Source: an uncultured Actinomycetes bacterium
GTDB taxonomy: Bacteria > Actinomycetota > Thermoleophilia > UBA2241
Reading direction: 5' to 3'
Length of the DNA: 64,000 nucleotides
NCBI GenBank assembly: GCA_963709345.1
Contig: CAVPVX010000002.1
Location: forward strand, 352,001-416,000
Shown here: in pieces, positions 47,467 through 61,621 of the stretch
How positions within the stretch are numbered: position 1 is the stretch's first letter
Layout of the letters: each line of letters begins with the position of its first letter
Notes under the pieces: generated by a model
Seen by the model: the letters and a program-made list of their open reading frames with translations, nothing else
Database searches by the model: none
Told to the model about the DNA's origin: nothing
Position numbers and translations under genes: made by a program

Positions 47467-48612
47467 ATGCGCGCCATCGCACTCAAGGAGTTCCGCGAGC
47501 TGCGCCGCGACCGGCGTACTCTGGTCATGCTCTTTCTGCTGCCGCTCTTCTTCCTCGTGGTCTTCGGCTACGCCGCCAGTTTCGACATCAAGGCGATACC
47601 CACCCTGGTGGCCGGCAACGGAGCCCAGCTCGTGGCGGCGGCGCTGCCCGAAGAGTTCGAAGTCACGTCGACCGACACGAGCGGCGATGCCGCCAGCGCC
47701 CGCGCCGCGCTGCAGCGCGGCGATGTCGTGGTGGCGATCGTGACTCCCGCTGAGGCCGGCCAGGCGCCACAGATACTCGTGGACGGCACCGAGCTATTCG
47801 CGGCGCAGGCGGCGCTGCGCAGCATCGCCCAACTGCGCGCCGGCATGACCGCGACGGGCGGCGCGGGGTCCGGCGTCCCGAGCCCGCTGGCCGGCGCCGC
47901 CGCGAGTGACCCTGTCGCCGCCTCACAGCCGGAGATCATGTTCAACCCGGACCTGCGCACGGCGGTGATCATGATCCCCGGGCTCTGCGGCGTCATCCTC
48001 GTGTTCGTCGGCACAGTCGCGACGGCGCTCGGGGTCGTGCGCGAACGTCAGAACGGCACCATGGAGCAGCTGGCGGTCATGCCGTTCCGGCCACGCGACG
48101 TGTTTCTCGGCAAGATCGCTCCCTACCTCGTGATCGCCGCTGCCGACATGGTCGTCGTCGTGGTCGTCGGCATGCTGCTCTTCGACGTCCCGTTGCGTGG
48201 GTCCGTCGCCACATTCACACTCGGAGCCGTCCTCTTCCTCTTCGTGACCCTGGGCATCGGTGTTCTCATCTCGAGCATCTCCCAGACGCAGGGCCAGGCG
48301 ATCCAGCTGGCCATGATGACGATGCTGCCGCAGTTTCTGCTCAGCGGCCTCTTCTTCCCCCTGTACTCGATGCCGTGGGGTGTGCGGTGGATCGGCTATC
48401 TGCTGCCGCTCACCTACTTCATCAAGGTGGCGCGTGGCGTCATGGTGCGCGGAACTCCCATCGACGCGCTCTGGGTTCCTCTTGTCGTGCTGGCGGTGAT
48501 GGCGGTGGTCGTCTTCACCGCATCCACTCTGCGCTTTCGCAGAGACCTCGCTCCGGCCGGAGCCGCCGACGCCGATCCCGCCGGCGAAACGGCCGCGGAG
48601 GCGTCCTCGTGA
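47467..48612 (+). CDS. ABC-2 type transporter permease
   Basis: KEFRELRRDRRT, VRERQNGTMEQL, LSGLFFP, LPLTYF. Confidence 0.92.
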   Translation: MRAIALKEFRELRRDRRTLVMLFLLPLFFLVVFGYAASFDIKAIPTLVAGNGAQLVAAALPEEFEVTSTDTSGDAASARAALQRGDVVVAIVTPAEAGQAPQILVDGTELFAAQAALRSIAQLRAGMTATGGAGSGVPSPLAGAAASDPVAASQPEIMFNPDLRTAVIMIPGLCGVILVFVGTVATALGVVRERQNGTMEQLAVMPFRPRDVFLGKIAPYLVIAAADMVVVVVVGMLLFDVPLRGSVATFTLGAVLFLFVTLGIGVLISSISQTQGQAIQLAMMTMLPQFLLSGLFFPLYSMPWGVRWIGYLLPLTYFIKVARGVMVRGTPIDALWVPLVVLAVMAVVVFTASTLRFRRDLAPAGAADADPAGETAAEASS

Positions 48613-50276
48613 ACAGCGCCGCACCCAGCGCCCGCGCCACCGTCTGGGGCGCGCAGGGCGTCACCGTCCGCTACGGAGACCACGTCGCCCTTGAAGACGT
48701 GAGCATCACGCTTCCCGCCGGCACCGTCACCGCCGTCATCGGCGGAGACGGTGCCGGCAAGACCACTCTGCTCCGCGTCCTCGCGGGCGTGGTGCGGCCG
48801 GCAGCCGGCAGCGTAAGCCGCCCGCAGAGACGCCGGATCGGCTACGTCGCCGGCGCCTCCGGCGTCTACGACGATCTCAGCGTCGACGAGAACGTCGAGT
48901 TCATCGCGGCCGCCTACGGCGTCCGCCGGCCCGATCTCGAGCGGCGTGCGTCGGAGCTCTTCGCGACGACCGGGCTCAGCGGCACGGGCGACCGGCTCGC
49001 GGGCCGACTCTCCGGCGGCATGCGTCAGAAGCTCGCCTTCGCGCTCGCGATGCTGCACGAGCCCGACCTGCTGATCCTCGATGAGCCGACGACAGGCGTC
49101 GACCCCGTCAGTCGTGCCGACCTCTGGCGACTCATCGCGAGAGCCGCCGCCGACGGGGCCGGGGTCGTCGTGGCGACGACGTACCTCGACGAGGCACAAC
49201 GCGCCTCGAGCCTCGTCGTGCTGGAAGACGGCCGGGAGCGGAACGCCGCCGCGCTGCTCGCCATGGAGCCCGCCGTCACGCGGCAGAACACCCGCGAGCA
49301 CAACTCCACGGCGGACTCGTCGAGCGAGGCGACGGCCGAGTCGGGCAGCCAGAGCGTCCGGCCGGCCGCCGGGGCAGCCGGCGCAGCACTGCCGCTCGCC
49401 GTCACCTCCGCGCTGGTGCGCCGCTACGGCGCCCTCACCGCCGTCGACGACGTGGACCTCGAACTGCGTCCGGGCGAGGTCGTAGGGCTGCTCGGTGCCA
49501 ACGGCGCCGGGAAGACGACGCTGATCCGGCTCCTGCTCGGCCTTGAGCATCCCACGTCGGGCAGAGCCTTGCTGTTCGGCCGCACGCCGTCGCGCGAGAC
49601 CCGCGGCCGGCTCGGCTACGTCCCGCAGGGCCTCGGGCTGTGGGGGGACCTCACGGTCGCCGAGAATCTGGCGTTCTCGGCGGAGGCGTTCGGGAGCGAG
49701 CCTCCGGCGCTCGAGCCGGCGCTCGCCGTCGCCGCAGGCACACTCGTTCGCGACCTGCCGCTCGGCCTGCGGCGGCGCCTGGCCTTCGCGGCTGCCCTCG
49801 CTCATGACCCCGATCTGCTCGTCCTCGACGAACCCACCTCGGGGGTCGGTCTCGAGGCGAGAGCCGCTCTCTGGGAGACCATCCATGTCTCAGCGGCGGC
49901 AGGCGCGGGCGTGCTCGTGACGACGCACCACCTGGACGAAGCGGGAGAGTGCGACCGGCTGATCCTCATGGCCTCCGGTCGCATCATCGCGCAAGGTACG
50001 CTCGCCGACATCATCGGCGACGCCACGGCGGTCGCCGTCACCACCGACCGCTGGGACGAGGCCTTCGCAGCCCTGGACGACGCCGGCCTGCCGGCGGCCC
50101 TGGTAGGGCGTGGTCTGCGCGTGACCGGCGACGACACGGCGTGCGTGCGTAAGGCGCTCGACGCGCGTCACGTCTCCGCCGACTTCAGCATCGTCCCCGC
50201 AACATTCGAAGAGACATTCGTCCGGCTGGCTCGCGCCGGCGCCGACACCGCCGTGATCGAAAGGACCGACCAGTGA
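48609..50276 (+). CDS. ABC transporter ATP-binding protein with two ATPase domains
   Basis: GGDGAGKTT, LSGGM, LILDEPT, then GANGAGKTT, LPLG, LVLDEPT. Confidence 0.92.
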   Translation: MNSAAPSARATVWGAQGVTVRYGDHVALEDVSITLPAGTVTAVIGGDGAGKTTLLRVLAGVVRPAAGSVSRPQRRRIGYVAGASGVYDDLSVDENVEFIAAAYGVRRPDLERRASELFATTGLSGTGDRLAGRLSGGMRQKLAFALAMLHEPDLLILDEPTTGVDPVSRADLWRLIARAAADGAGVVVATTYLDEAQRASSLVVLEDGRERNAAALLAMEPAVTRQNTREHNSTADSSSEATAESGSQSVRPAAGAAGAALPLAVTSALVRRYGALTAVDDVDLELRPGEVVGLLGANGAGKTTLIRLLLGLEHPTSGRALLFGRTPSRETRGRLGYVPQGLGLWGDLTVAENLAFSAEAFGSEPPALEPALAVAAGTLVRDLPLGLRRRLAFAAALAHDPDLLVLDEPTSGVGLEARAALWETIHVSAAAGAGVLVTTHHLDEAGECDRLILMASGRIIAQGTLADIIGDATAVAVTTDRWDEAFAALDDAGLPAALVGRGLRVTGDDTACVRKALDARHVSADFSIVPATFEETFVRLARAGADTAVIERTDQ

Positions 50277-52042
50277 CCCACGCCACCATCGCCGCCCCCG
50301 GCTCCCCGCCGAAGGCGCCCCCCGCAGCCGCCGGACTCGACGAGGGCCACCCGCGCAAGTGGTGGATCCTCGTCGCCGTCTCCATCGGCATGTTCATGGG
50401 GCTGCTCGACGTGACCATCGTCAACATCGCGATGCCGGCGATCATCGTCGATCTCGACACCACCGTCGCCGAGGCGTCCTGGGTGCTCAACGCCTACAGT
50501 CTCGTGCTCGCCGCCTTCTTCCTCTCGATGGGCCGCGTCGCCGACCGCTACGGTCAGAAGCGCGTCTTCCTGTTCGGTCTCGTGGCGTTCACGCTGTTCT
50601 CTCTGCTCTGCGGTCTCGCCCCAGACATCTACTGGCTGGTCGCGTTCCGCGCCGGCCAGGGTCTCGGCGGTGCCGCCCTGCTGACGATCTCGCTGGCGAT
50701 CGTGCTCGGCGCCTTCCCCCGGCGCCAACAGGGCATGGCGGTGGGCATCTGGGGAGCGCTGGGCACAGCGGCGGCAGCCGTCGGCCCGTCGCTCGGTGGC
50801 GTGCTCATCGCCTATGGGCACTGGTCCTGGATCTTCTTCGTCAACGTCCCGGTGGGCATCGCGGCCTTCGCCGTCTGCTGGGTCGTCATCCCGCCGCGCA
50901 TCAGGCAGGCGAGAGCCGCGGGCGGCATCGACCTCCCCGGCATCGTCATCTCGGGGGTCGGGCTGTTCCTGCTCACCCTGGGGCTGGTGCAGGGCAACGA
51001 CTGGGGCTGGACCTCGCCGGCGATCATCGGTCTGCTCGTCGCGGCAGCCGTCTCATTCCCGCTGTTCATGTGGTGGGAGATCCACACGCCCTCTCCGATG
51101 TTCCCGGTCAAACTCCTCCGCATCCGCTCGTTCACAGCCGCCAACACCTCGATCATGTTCTTCGGCATGGCCATGGGCGGCACGTTTCTCATGGTGGTCA
51201 TCTTCATGGTCTCGGTGCTGGGGTACTCGGAGCTGCGCGCCGCCGTGGCGCTGACGGTGATGCCGGTCATCGCCCTCGTCATCGCTCCCAACGCGGGGCG
51301 CCTCAACGACCGCATCGGGCCGCGGCTCCCGGCGGCGGCGGGAGCCGCGTTCTTCGCCGCCGGCCTGATCCTTCTCGCCCAGCTCGGAGGCGACACCACG
51401 CCCTGGGACGTCATGTGGCGAGTCGCGTTCATGGGCGTCGGAATGGGCCTCGCGATGCCGACGCTCTCCGCGGCCTCCATGGCGTCGCTACCGCCCGAGG
51501 TCCGCGGCGTCGGCTCGGGCTCTCTGAACACGATGCGCCAGGTCGGCTTCACCATCGGCGTCGCCTTGCTCGTCGCCATCTTCACGAACACGGTGGCCGA
51601 CAACGCCCAGCTCGCCACCAGGCAAGCGGTCGGCTTCATCGCGGCGCAACCGCAGCTCACTGACGCCGAGAAGGGGCGGTACACGGCGACGCTCGTCAAG
51701 AACGCCAAGGCCGCCGCGGAGAGCGGCGGCGGGGCTGCCCAGCTCACCACCGCCCCGCTGCAGGGCGCGCCGCAGCCCCCGGCGGACGACGAGGAGGCGC
51801 AGGCCCGGCAGGACCTCGGTGAGAGCATCGCGGCGATCTACCGGCACGAGATCGCCGAGTCGTTCGCGTGGCCCTTCTACGCGGCGGCGATCGCGGCACT
51901 CCTGGCGATCGCGCCGGCGCTCCTGACCGGCCGCCGCCTGGGCGAGCACGAAGGACACCACGAGATGAGCAGGGTGGAGCGTCTCCAAGCCGCCGGCCGG
52001 GACGAGGCGGCGGAGGCCGGCGCGCCGCTGATCGAGGCATGA
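50273..52042 (+). CDS. DHA2 (EmrB/QacA) family MFS efflux transporter
   Basis: LDVTIVNIAMP, GRVADRYGQKR, WSWIFFVNVPVG; 14-TM pattern. Confidence 0.92.
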   Translation: MTHATIAAPGSPPKAPPAAAGLDEGHPRKWWILVAVSIGMFMGLLDVTIVNIAMPAIIVDLDTTVAEASWVLNAYSLVLAAFFLSMGRVADRYGQKRVFLFGLVAFTLFSLLCGLAPDIYWLVAFRAGQGLGGAALLTISLAIVLGAFPRRQQGMAVGIWGALGTAAAAVGPSLGGVLIAYGHWSWIFFVNVPVGIAAFAVCWVVIPPRIRQARAAGGIDLPGIVISGVGLFLLTLGLVQGNDWGWTSPAIIGLLVAAAVSFPLFMWWEIHTPSPMFPVKLLRIRSFTAANTSIMFFGMAMGGTFLMVVIFMVSVLGYSELRAAVALTVMPVIALVIAPNAGRLNDRIGPRLPAAAGAAFFAAGLILLAQLGGDTTPWDVMWRVAFMGVGMGLAMPTLSAASMASLPPEVRGVGSGSLNTMRQVGFTIGVALLVAIFTNTVADNAQLATRQAVGFIAAQPQLTDAEKGRYTATLVKNAKAAAESGGGAAQLTTAPLQGAPQPPADDEEAQARQDLGESIAAIYRHEIAESFAWPFYAAAIAALLAIAPALLTGRRLGEHEGHHEMSRVERLQAAGRDEAAEAGAPLIEA

Positions 52043-52707
52043 GCGGCGGCCGACGGAATGCGGCGGCCGACGGCCGCCGCGGCGGCCGACGGCCGGGCGA
52101 CAGCGGCACGCGAGATGCCATCCTCGTGGCCGCGCGTGCCGACTTCGCCGAACGTGGCTACGACCACGCCACGATCCGCGCGATCGCCGCGCAAGCCGGG
52201 GTCGACCCGGCCCTCGTCATCCACTATTTCGGCTCCAAGGACGCGCTCTTCGAGGCGGCCTTGGAGCTCCCGGTCGCCCCCGGACTCATCCTCGAGCGTG
52301 CCCGCGCCGGTTGCGCCGACGAGATCGGCGCGGCTCTGACCCGCACCTTCCTGGAGGCCTGGGAACCACCGGAGACGAGGAACCAGCTTCTCGCGATGCT
52401 GCGCTCGGCGGCGACCAACGAAAGAGCCATGGGCATGATCCGCGACCTCCTCGTCCGCGAGGTCTTCGGACCGGTCACGCGGGCGCTCGGAGTACCCGAT
52501 GCCCGCCTCCGCGCCACCCTCGTCGGGTCGCAGTTCATCGGGCTCGCGATCATGCGGTACATCGGCGGCCTCGAACCCCTGGCCTCGGCGAGTATCGACG
52601 AGCTGGTCGCGGCGATCGGACCGACCGTGCAGCGTTACCTGACGGGCGACATCGGCGCCGTGAGCCCACACCGGTCGCCGTCGGACGAGGGAGCGACGAG
52701 CGCCTGA
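52039..52707 (+). CDS. TetR-family transcriptional regulator
   Basis: GRRPGDSGTRDAIL, TIRAIAAQAGVDPALVIHYFGSKDALF. Confidence 0.93.
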   Translation: MSGGRRNAAADGRRGGRRPGDSGTRDAILVAARADFAERGYDHATIRAIAAQAGVDPALVIHYFGSKDALFEAALELPVAPGLILERARAGCADEIGAALTRTFLEAWEPPETRNQLLAMLRSAATNERAMGMIRDLLVREVFGPVTRALGVPDARLRATLVGSQFIGLAIMRYIGGLEPLASASIDELVAAIGPTVQRYLTGDIGAVSPHRSPSDEGATSA

Positions 52708-52717
52708 AACGTCGCCG

Positions 52718-53886
52718 TCAGATGAAGCGGGAGCGCAGCGCCGTCGCCGCCCGCAGCAGCTCGTCCGGCGACGGCTCGCGATAGCCGCCGAGCTGCCGCT
52801 CGAGCGCCGCGGCGCGGTCCGGATCAAGGCGGTCCGCCAGGTGGCGGAAGAGCCCGAGGCGGGCGCCGACGGCGAAGCGGCCCTGCTCAGCCGGCGGCAG
52901 AGCGAGGAACTCGTCCAGCATCGCAAGCAAACGCTCGCGGTCGGCGGGTAACGACCCTTCCAGGTCCGCCAACAGGTTGAGGGAGTGATCCGAGCGCAGC
53001 TCGAGGCGGGCGTCCCCGAGCGCTTCGAGCAGGTCGCGAAGCTCCTGCGCGACCTCGACGTCGTCGGGCAGCGTGAACTCCCCGGCCGCCTCGCGCTCCG
53101 CGAGCGGCGTGCCGGGCACGACCGCCGCCGTGCGCAAGCGCACGACCAGCGGGCGCTCGGCTGGAGCCGCGGCGGCCACCGCGCGGATGACGCGGGCGGA
53201 GCCCGCCACATGCGCAGCGGTCGCCGCCCGCCCGCCGAGCCCCGGCATCAGGTAGAAGCAGAGCTCGAGGCCGGCGCCGACCACCTTCTCGCCGGCCGCG
53301 ATCAGATCGCCCCCGGTGCAGCCCTTGTCGATCGCCATCAGGACCTCGTCGGCGCCCGATTCGAGCCCCAGGTGCACGCGCGTCAGACCAGCCTCGACCA
53401 GCAGCGCGAGCTGCGCCTCGGTGCGACGGGCAAGGGTGCTCGCGCGGCCGTACGTCGTGACTCTGTCGACCGCCGGGAACCGCTCGCGGACGCGGCGGAT
53501 CACCGCGGCCAGCTTCTCAGGCTTGACCGCGCAGGGGTCGGCGTCCTGCAGAAACACGTGCCGGGCCCCGTCATTGAGGAACAAGGCGACCTGATAGGCC
53601 TCGCCTGGGAGCTCTCCCTCACGCACCGCTGCGATCCCCCGCTCCCGCAGCACGGCGGCGGCCGCGGCCATAGCATCGACGTCGGCGAGCACGTCCTCGA
53701 CCGGCCGCAGGGACGACTTCGTCCCCTTGTAGACCGGGCAGAACGTGCAGCGGTTCCAGGTGCAGTTGCGGATCACGCGCACGATGAGGCTCCGCGCCTC
53801 GCTCGGCGGCCTGATGGGCCCTTGTTCGAAGCCACGGGCGGCGCCCGCGGACGTCAGCGGCGGCAAGCCGCCGGCGCCCGGAAGGC

Positions 53887-53890
<4 letters not shown>
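52718..53890 (-). CDS. Radical SAM protein
   Basis: GTG overlaps the ATPase stop; GPIRPPSEARSL, CTWNRCTFC, GLESG. Confidence 0.88.
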
Positions 53891-56631
<2,741 letters not shown>

Positions 56632-56817
56632 GCCATCCCTCCGTTCGGCTATCGGTTGCTGCGCGACGCAGGCTTCGCCGCGGATCTCGCGGCTCGCCGC
56701 ATCCCGTACGACGACCGGACGGGGGTGCAAACCCTCGTCCGGCGCGCTCCAGCTTCGTTGTCTAGTCCTACCCGCGGGCGCGGAAACATCACCTGCCGAG
56801 TGGCGTCCGCTCCCGGT

Positions 56818-59364
56818 TCACTCGTAGTGGATAGCCTCCAGGATGTCGATCTTCGCCGCCCGGCGCGCCGGCAGGATGGCGGCGATCACGCCGACGATCA
56901 CGGCCAGGACCAGGAACACCAGGAGTTGCGTCCAGGGGATCGAGAACGTGATCCCCATCCCGGCGAAGCGCGTGTTCACGACCCAGGCGAAGGCGATGCC
57001 GACGACGATCCCGAGGGCGCCGCCGATCACCGAGGTGATGACGCTCTCGTAGCGCACGGTGGCGCGGACCTGGGAGCGGGACGCGCCGATCGCGCGCACC
57101 AGCCCGATCTCACGGGTGCGCTCGTACACGGCCAGCACCAGCGTGTTGACGATCCCGAACAGCGAGATGATGACGCTCATCGCGAGCAGGCCGTACATCA
57201 GGTTCAGCAGCTGGTTCACCTGCCCGACGATGCTGTCCTTGTACTCGGCGTCGTCGCGGACCTCGACCGTGGGGATGCCCGCGAGCGCCGCCTTCAGCGC
57301 CTCCGAGTTGGCCGGCGTCGCGCCCCCGGCCATCTTGACGAACGCCATGAAGTACTGCGGCCGCGGGAACAGGGCGTCGTAGCCCTGGCGACTCACGGTG
57401 AGACCGTTGAGCATCATCGGGTCGCGGTAGATGCCCAGCACCTCAAGACGTCCCTTCTTGCCGTCGGCGGTGGTCACGGCGACGGAGTCGCCCGTGGTGA
57501 CGCCGAGGGTGTCCGCCGTCTGCTCTTCGACGACGACGCCGTCCCCGCCGAGCTGCTCGAGCAACTCGTCGCCGCCGTCGATCCAGTCGAACTGCCAGAG
57601 ACGCTGGAAGGTGCCGTAGTCGATGCCGTACACCGCCGTCGCCGCCCTGTTCGGGCCGGCCTCGACCTGCTGGACGTTGAGCGCCGAGACCACCTCCGCC
57701 GTGGGCACGGCTTCGGCGCTTCGGATCGCCTCCGCCGGCAGCGGCAGGAAGTTGGCGCCGGAGAGCACGTAGTCGGCGCGCACCGTCCTGTCGTAGCTGT
57801 CCACGAACGAGCTCTTGAGGCCTTGGGCGAAGACGGCGACGAACACGACGACACCCAAGCCGATCATGAGGGCCGCGGCAGTAGCGGCCGTGCGCTCCGG
57901 GTTGCGCCGCGCGTTGTCGCGCGCCAGCCGGCCGCTGACCGCGGAGACCTTCTGCAGCGGCCACCCTATCGCGCCGGCCACCGGACGGATGAAGTACTTG
58001 CTGACCACGGCGACGGCGACGAAGATGAAGACCGCGCCGAAGGCGATCTGCCCGAGGCGTGCGGTCGTCCCGCCGTTGCCGTACATGCCGCCGAGGATGC
58101 CGAGCGCACCGAGCACCGCCGCCACCCCGGCCAGATACGGCATGAAGCGGGCGAAGCGGGACGGCGGCAGCGCCGCCCCCTCCTGGAGCGCTGCGACCGG
58201 CGGCACCCGAGTCGCGCGAAGCGCCGGGGCCACCGCAGAGAGCAACGTCACGCCGATGCCGACCACGAGCGCGACGATGACCGTGCGCGACTCCATCACC
58301 AGCCCGCTGCGCGGGATGTCGACGCCGCCGGCCTTGAAGAGCGCATTGACGCCGCTGGCCACGCCGAGACCGGCGAGCAGCCCGACCACGGACGCGAGGA
58401 CGCCCATGACGAAGGCCTCGCCGGTGATGCTCCACAGCACCTGCCGGCGCGAAGCGCCGAGCGCGCGGAGCATCGCGAACTCGCGGCGCCGCTGCGCCAC
58501 CGTCATCGAGAACGCGTTGAAGATGATGAACGCGCCGACCAGCACGGCGACGCCGCCGAAGCTGAGCAGCACGGGCGTGAGGAACTGGCCGATCGCCTCG
58601 CTCACCTGCTTCGTCTGGTCGGCGGCGGCCTGCTCGCCGGTCTTCACCTCCGCATACTCCGGCACGGCGGCGCGGATGCGCCCGGCCAGCGTCGCCGGTG
58701 AGACTCCCGGCTCGGCCTGCGCGTCGATCTCGCTGACCTTGCCGTCAAGATCGAACCAGCGCTGCGCATCGGCGAGCGTGGGATTGAGGATGAGTGAGCC
58801 TCCGAGGGACGAGGCGCTGGCGAAGGTGAAGACCCCGGACACCGTCGCGTCGTAGGCGCCGGTATCGGTGATCACCTGGAGCGGCGCGCCGACGGCGAGC
58901 TTCGCGTCGGTGGCGAGCTTCTGGATGACGCCGATCTCGCCGTCCGCCTTCGGCGGCCCGCCCTGGACGTAGGTGGTCTGGCTGATCTCGCTGGGCACGT
59001 AGCTGAAGAAGAGCGTCGGCGAGCCGCCGGTCTGCACGACCTCGCCATCCACGGCCACGGCGCCAATCCCCGAGACGTAGCCGGAAGCCGCCTTCACGCC
59101 GTCGACGGCGCGGACTTCATCGACGAGACTCTCGGGCAAAGCCTCACTCGCCGAGCTGAACTGGCTCGTGAACTCCGCCTTGCGAGTGATCGTCACATCC
59201 GTGCCCTTGAAGGCCTCGCTGAAGATCTCGTCGAAGCCGCGATTGATCTGGTCGGTCAGCACGAAGGTGCCACTGATCATCGCGACCCCGAGGAGGATCG
59301 CGAGTGTCGTGAGGAGCGTGCGCAGCTTGTGCGCCGTCAGGCTGCGCCAGGCGATGCGGATCAT
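56818..59364 (-). CDS. FtsX/MacB-like ABC permease (double module)
   Basis: QRRREFAMLRALGASRRQV and ERTREIGLVRAIGA. Confidence 0.92.
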   Translation of the reverse strand: MIRIAWRSLTAHKLRTLLTTLAILLGVAMISGTFVLTDQINRGFDEIFSEAFKGTDVTITRKAEFTSQFSSASEALPESLVDEVRAVDGVKAASGYVSGIGAVAVDGEVVQTGGSPTLFFSYVPSEISQTTYVQGGPPKADGEIGVIQKLATDAKLAVGAPLQVITDTGAYDATVSGVFTFASASSLGGSLILNPTLADAQRWFDLDGKVSEIDAQAEPGVSPATLAGRIRAAVPEYAEVKTGEQAAADQTKQVSEAIGQFLTPVLLSFGGVAVLVGAFIIFNAFSMTVAQRRREFAMLRALGASRRQVLWSITGEAFVMGVLASVVGLLAGLGVASGVNALFKAGGVDIPRSGLVMESRTVIVALVVGIGVTLLSAVAPALRATRVPPVAALQEGAALPPSRFARFMPYLAGVAAVLGALGILGGMYGNGGTTARLGQIAFGAVFIFVAVAVVSKYFIRPVAGAIGWPLQKVSAVSGRLARDNARRNPERTAATAAALMIGLGVVVFVAVFAQGLKSSFVDSYDRTVRADYVLSGANFLPLPAEAIRSAEAVPTAEVVSALNVQQVEAGPNRAATAVYGIDYGTFQRLWQFDWIDGGDELLEQLGGDGVVVEEQTADTLGVTTGDSVAVTTADGKKGRLEVLGIYRDPMMLNGLTVSRQGYDALFPRPQYFMAFVKMAGGATPANSEALKAALAGIPTVEVRDDAEYKDSIVGQVNQLLNLMYGLLAMSVIISLFGIVNTLVLAVYERTREIGLVRAIGASRSQVRATVRYESVITSVIGGALGIVVGIAFAWVVNTRFAGMGITFSIPWTQLLVFLVLAVIVGVIAAILPARRAAKIDILEAIHYE

Positions 59365-60188
59365 CCCGTGTCCTCCAGGGACTTGATCACCTCGTAGATG
59401 TCGTCCCGTCCGAGGCGGCCGCAGTCGTGGGCGATGTGGCCGTCCTTGAGGAAGACGATGCGGTCGGCGAAGGTGGCCGCGTGGGCGTCGTGGGTGACCA
59501 TGACGATGGTCTGGCCGAGCTCGTCACGCGAGCCGCGCAGAAGCTGAAGGACCTCTTCCCCGGTACGCGAGTCGAGGTTGCCGGTGGGCTCGTCGGCGAA
59601 GAGCACCGCGGGCCTGCTGGCGAGCGCCCGCGCCACCGCCACGCGCTGCTGCTGCCCGCCGCTCAGTTCGGACGGCTTGTGGGTGAGACGGTCGCCGAGC
59701 CCGACCGTGTCGATCAACTCTCTCACCCACGCCTCGTCGCCCTTGCGGCCGGCGATCGTCAGCGGCAGCATGATGTTCTCCTGCGCGTTCAGCGTCGGCA
59801 GCAGGTTGAACGTCTGGAAGATGAAGCCGATCCTGTCGCGCCGCAATTGCGTGAGCGCGCGCTCCTTGAGCGTCGTGATCTCCTGCCCGTCGATCCACAC
59901 GTTGCCGCTCGTCGGCTTGTCCAGGCCCGCGAGGATGTGCATCAGCGTCGACTTGCCCGAGCCCGACGGGCCCATGATCGCCGTGTACGCTCCGCGCTGC
60001 AGGTCGATGCTCACGTCGTGGAGGGCGCGGACGAGAGCGTCGCCCTGGCCGTAGTCCCGGCTGATATCGCGGCCCTGGACGACGGCGTCCTCGAGCCCGA
60101 CGCTCGTCCCGTCCTCGCAGGTCGCGGTGGCCGACGCGCTGTCCACGGCGGTCGCGGTCGGCGTCTCTATCTCGGTGTGATCGCTCAA
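59361..60188 (-). CDS. ABC transporter ATP-binding protein (LolD/MacB-like)
   Basis: [33 protein letters not shown]; TTG start after GAGGGG. Confidence 0.93.
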   Translation of the reverse strand: MSDHTEIETPTATAVDSASATATCEDGTSVGLEDAVVQGRDISRDYGQGDALVRALHDVSIDLQRGAYTAIMGPSGSGKSTLMHILAGLDKPTSGNVWIDGQEITTLKERALTQLRRDRIGFIFQTFNLLPTLNAQENIMLPLTIAGRKGDEAWVRELIDTVGLGDRLTHKPSELSGGQQQRVAVARALASRPAVLFADEPTGNLDSRTGEEVLQLLRGSRDELGQTIVMVTHDAHAATFADRIVFLKDGHIAHDCGRLGRDDIYEVIKSLEDTG

Positions 60189-60339
60189 GATTCCCCCTCG
60201 GGTCTGATCGCCGCTGGCGGCGGACGGTGGCAGGCCGCGCCTCCCGGCGCGGCCTGCCACACCGCTCCTTCTCTGTATGCCACGCACACGGACACCCGCA
60301 ACCTCGCGGCAGACGCCGTGCGGCGTGAGTCCGCCTCTC

Positions 60340-61617
60340 TCAGGCCTTCTCGTCGGCCGGCGGTCCCGGATCCGCGATCGCCTGCGGCTCCGCGCTCGGC
60401 CCCATCGCCTCCAGCGGGGTCTCGTCGACCGATCCGGGCGACTCGGCCGGCTCGGCAGGGGCATCGTCGACGACTGCGACGGTGGTGACAGACGTGGTCT
60501 CGTCCGGCTCGGCAGGCGCCTCCGTGCCCGGCGACTCCTCCGGCGGCGCCGTCAGAGCCGTCGCGACCACGTCGGTGACCGAGGCGCCGGCGGCGACGGC
60601 CTGCCCGGCGGCCTGCTGCCGGCGGACCCGCCGCCACTCGGCAATGCCCAGCGCCGCCGCGCCGGCGCCGAACACCATCATCGCCGTGACCAGGAGCGGC
60701 CCGGCGACAGGAATCCGCGACAGGACTGTGGTCCCGACGACGCCGAGGGTGACGGCGAGCATGAGGTTCTCTTTGCCGCCGAACCCGAGCATCACGCGCT
60801 GGGCCAGGTACGCGGCGACGCCCATCGTCGCGAAGAAGTACGCCAGCAGGACGAACAGCCCGTAGGGCAGCACGAGCAGCAGCCCGATGATGCTGATGAC
60901 GAGCACGACCATCACGGCCGGGCCGATGATGAAGAAGATCAGGGATCCCCACCCGAGAGAGGCCCACGGCTTCCGCCCCAGATGCTGCTGAAGCGAGCGA
61001 AGCTGCCGCGGCATCAGCGCCGCCGCGACCAGGGCGAGCACCAGGAAGAACGCCGTCTGCACGATCCAGCCCACGAGGCTCAGGCCCCAGAAGGGATTGA
61101 CGAACAGCAGACCGGCGGCCCAGCTGAGCGCCTTGCTCCAGCCGATGCCGCTGAACGCATTGGCCTGTCCGACGACCTGCGCACCCGGGTCTTGCGTGAG
61201 GGTGCCGCCGAAGAGCACGAGAGAAGCTTCGTCGGGGCTCAGGTCGCTTCCCGCGATCGCCCTCGGACCGAGCGTCACGTCGCCGCCGAACGCCACGATC
61301 TCCCTCCCGACGGTGCCGTTGATGACGATGTCGCCGCCGAAGGCGATGACGACGTCGTTCACGGCGCCGTCGACCAGGATGTCGCCGCCGAACACGACGA
61401 CCTGAGGCGCCGTCGTCCCCGCGGGGACGACGACGTCCTCGCCGAACCGGACCTCGGCGCCCTCCTGCAGCACCACCGGAGCGTCGCCCGGGGTCGGCGG
61501 CGCCGAAGCGGCGTGCGCCGGCCCGGCGAGCGCCACGCCGAGGAGGATCAGCACGATCGCCAGCGCTGCGAGCGCGAGCGCTGGCGTCAGGGTTCTCTTG
61601 ACTCTCTCGTACCTCAT
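60340..61617 (-). CDS. Membrane protein with bactofilin-like beta-helix repeats (VxxFGGD)
   Basis: Signal peptide, repeated VVVFGGD / VIAFGGD / IVAFGGD, five to six TM helices, acidic tail. Confidence 0.75.
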   Translation of the reverse strand: MRYERVKRTLTPALALAALAIVLILLGVALAGPAHAASAPPTPGDAPVVLQEGAEVRFGEDVVVPAGTTAPQVVVFGGDILVDGAVNDVVIAFGGDIVINGTVGREIVAFGGDVTLGPRAIAGSDLSPDEASLVLFGGTLTQDPGAQVVGQANAFSGIGWSKALSWAAGLLFVNPFWGLSLVGWIVQTAFFLVLALVAAALMPRQLRSLQQHLGRKPWASLGWGSLIFFIIGPAVMVVLVISIIGLLLVLPYGLFVLLAYFFATMGVAAYLAQRVMLGFGGKENLMLAVTLGVVGTTVLSRIPVAGPLLVTAMMVFGAGAAALGIAEWRRVRRQQAAGQAVAAGASVTDVVATALTAPPEESPGTEAPAEPDETTSVTTVAVVDDAPAEPAESPGSVDETPLEAMGPSAEPQAIADPGPPADEKA

Positions 61618-61621
61618 GGTC

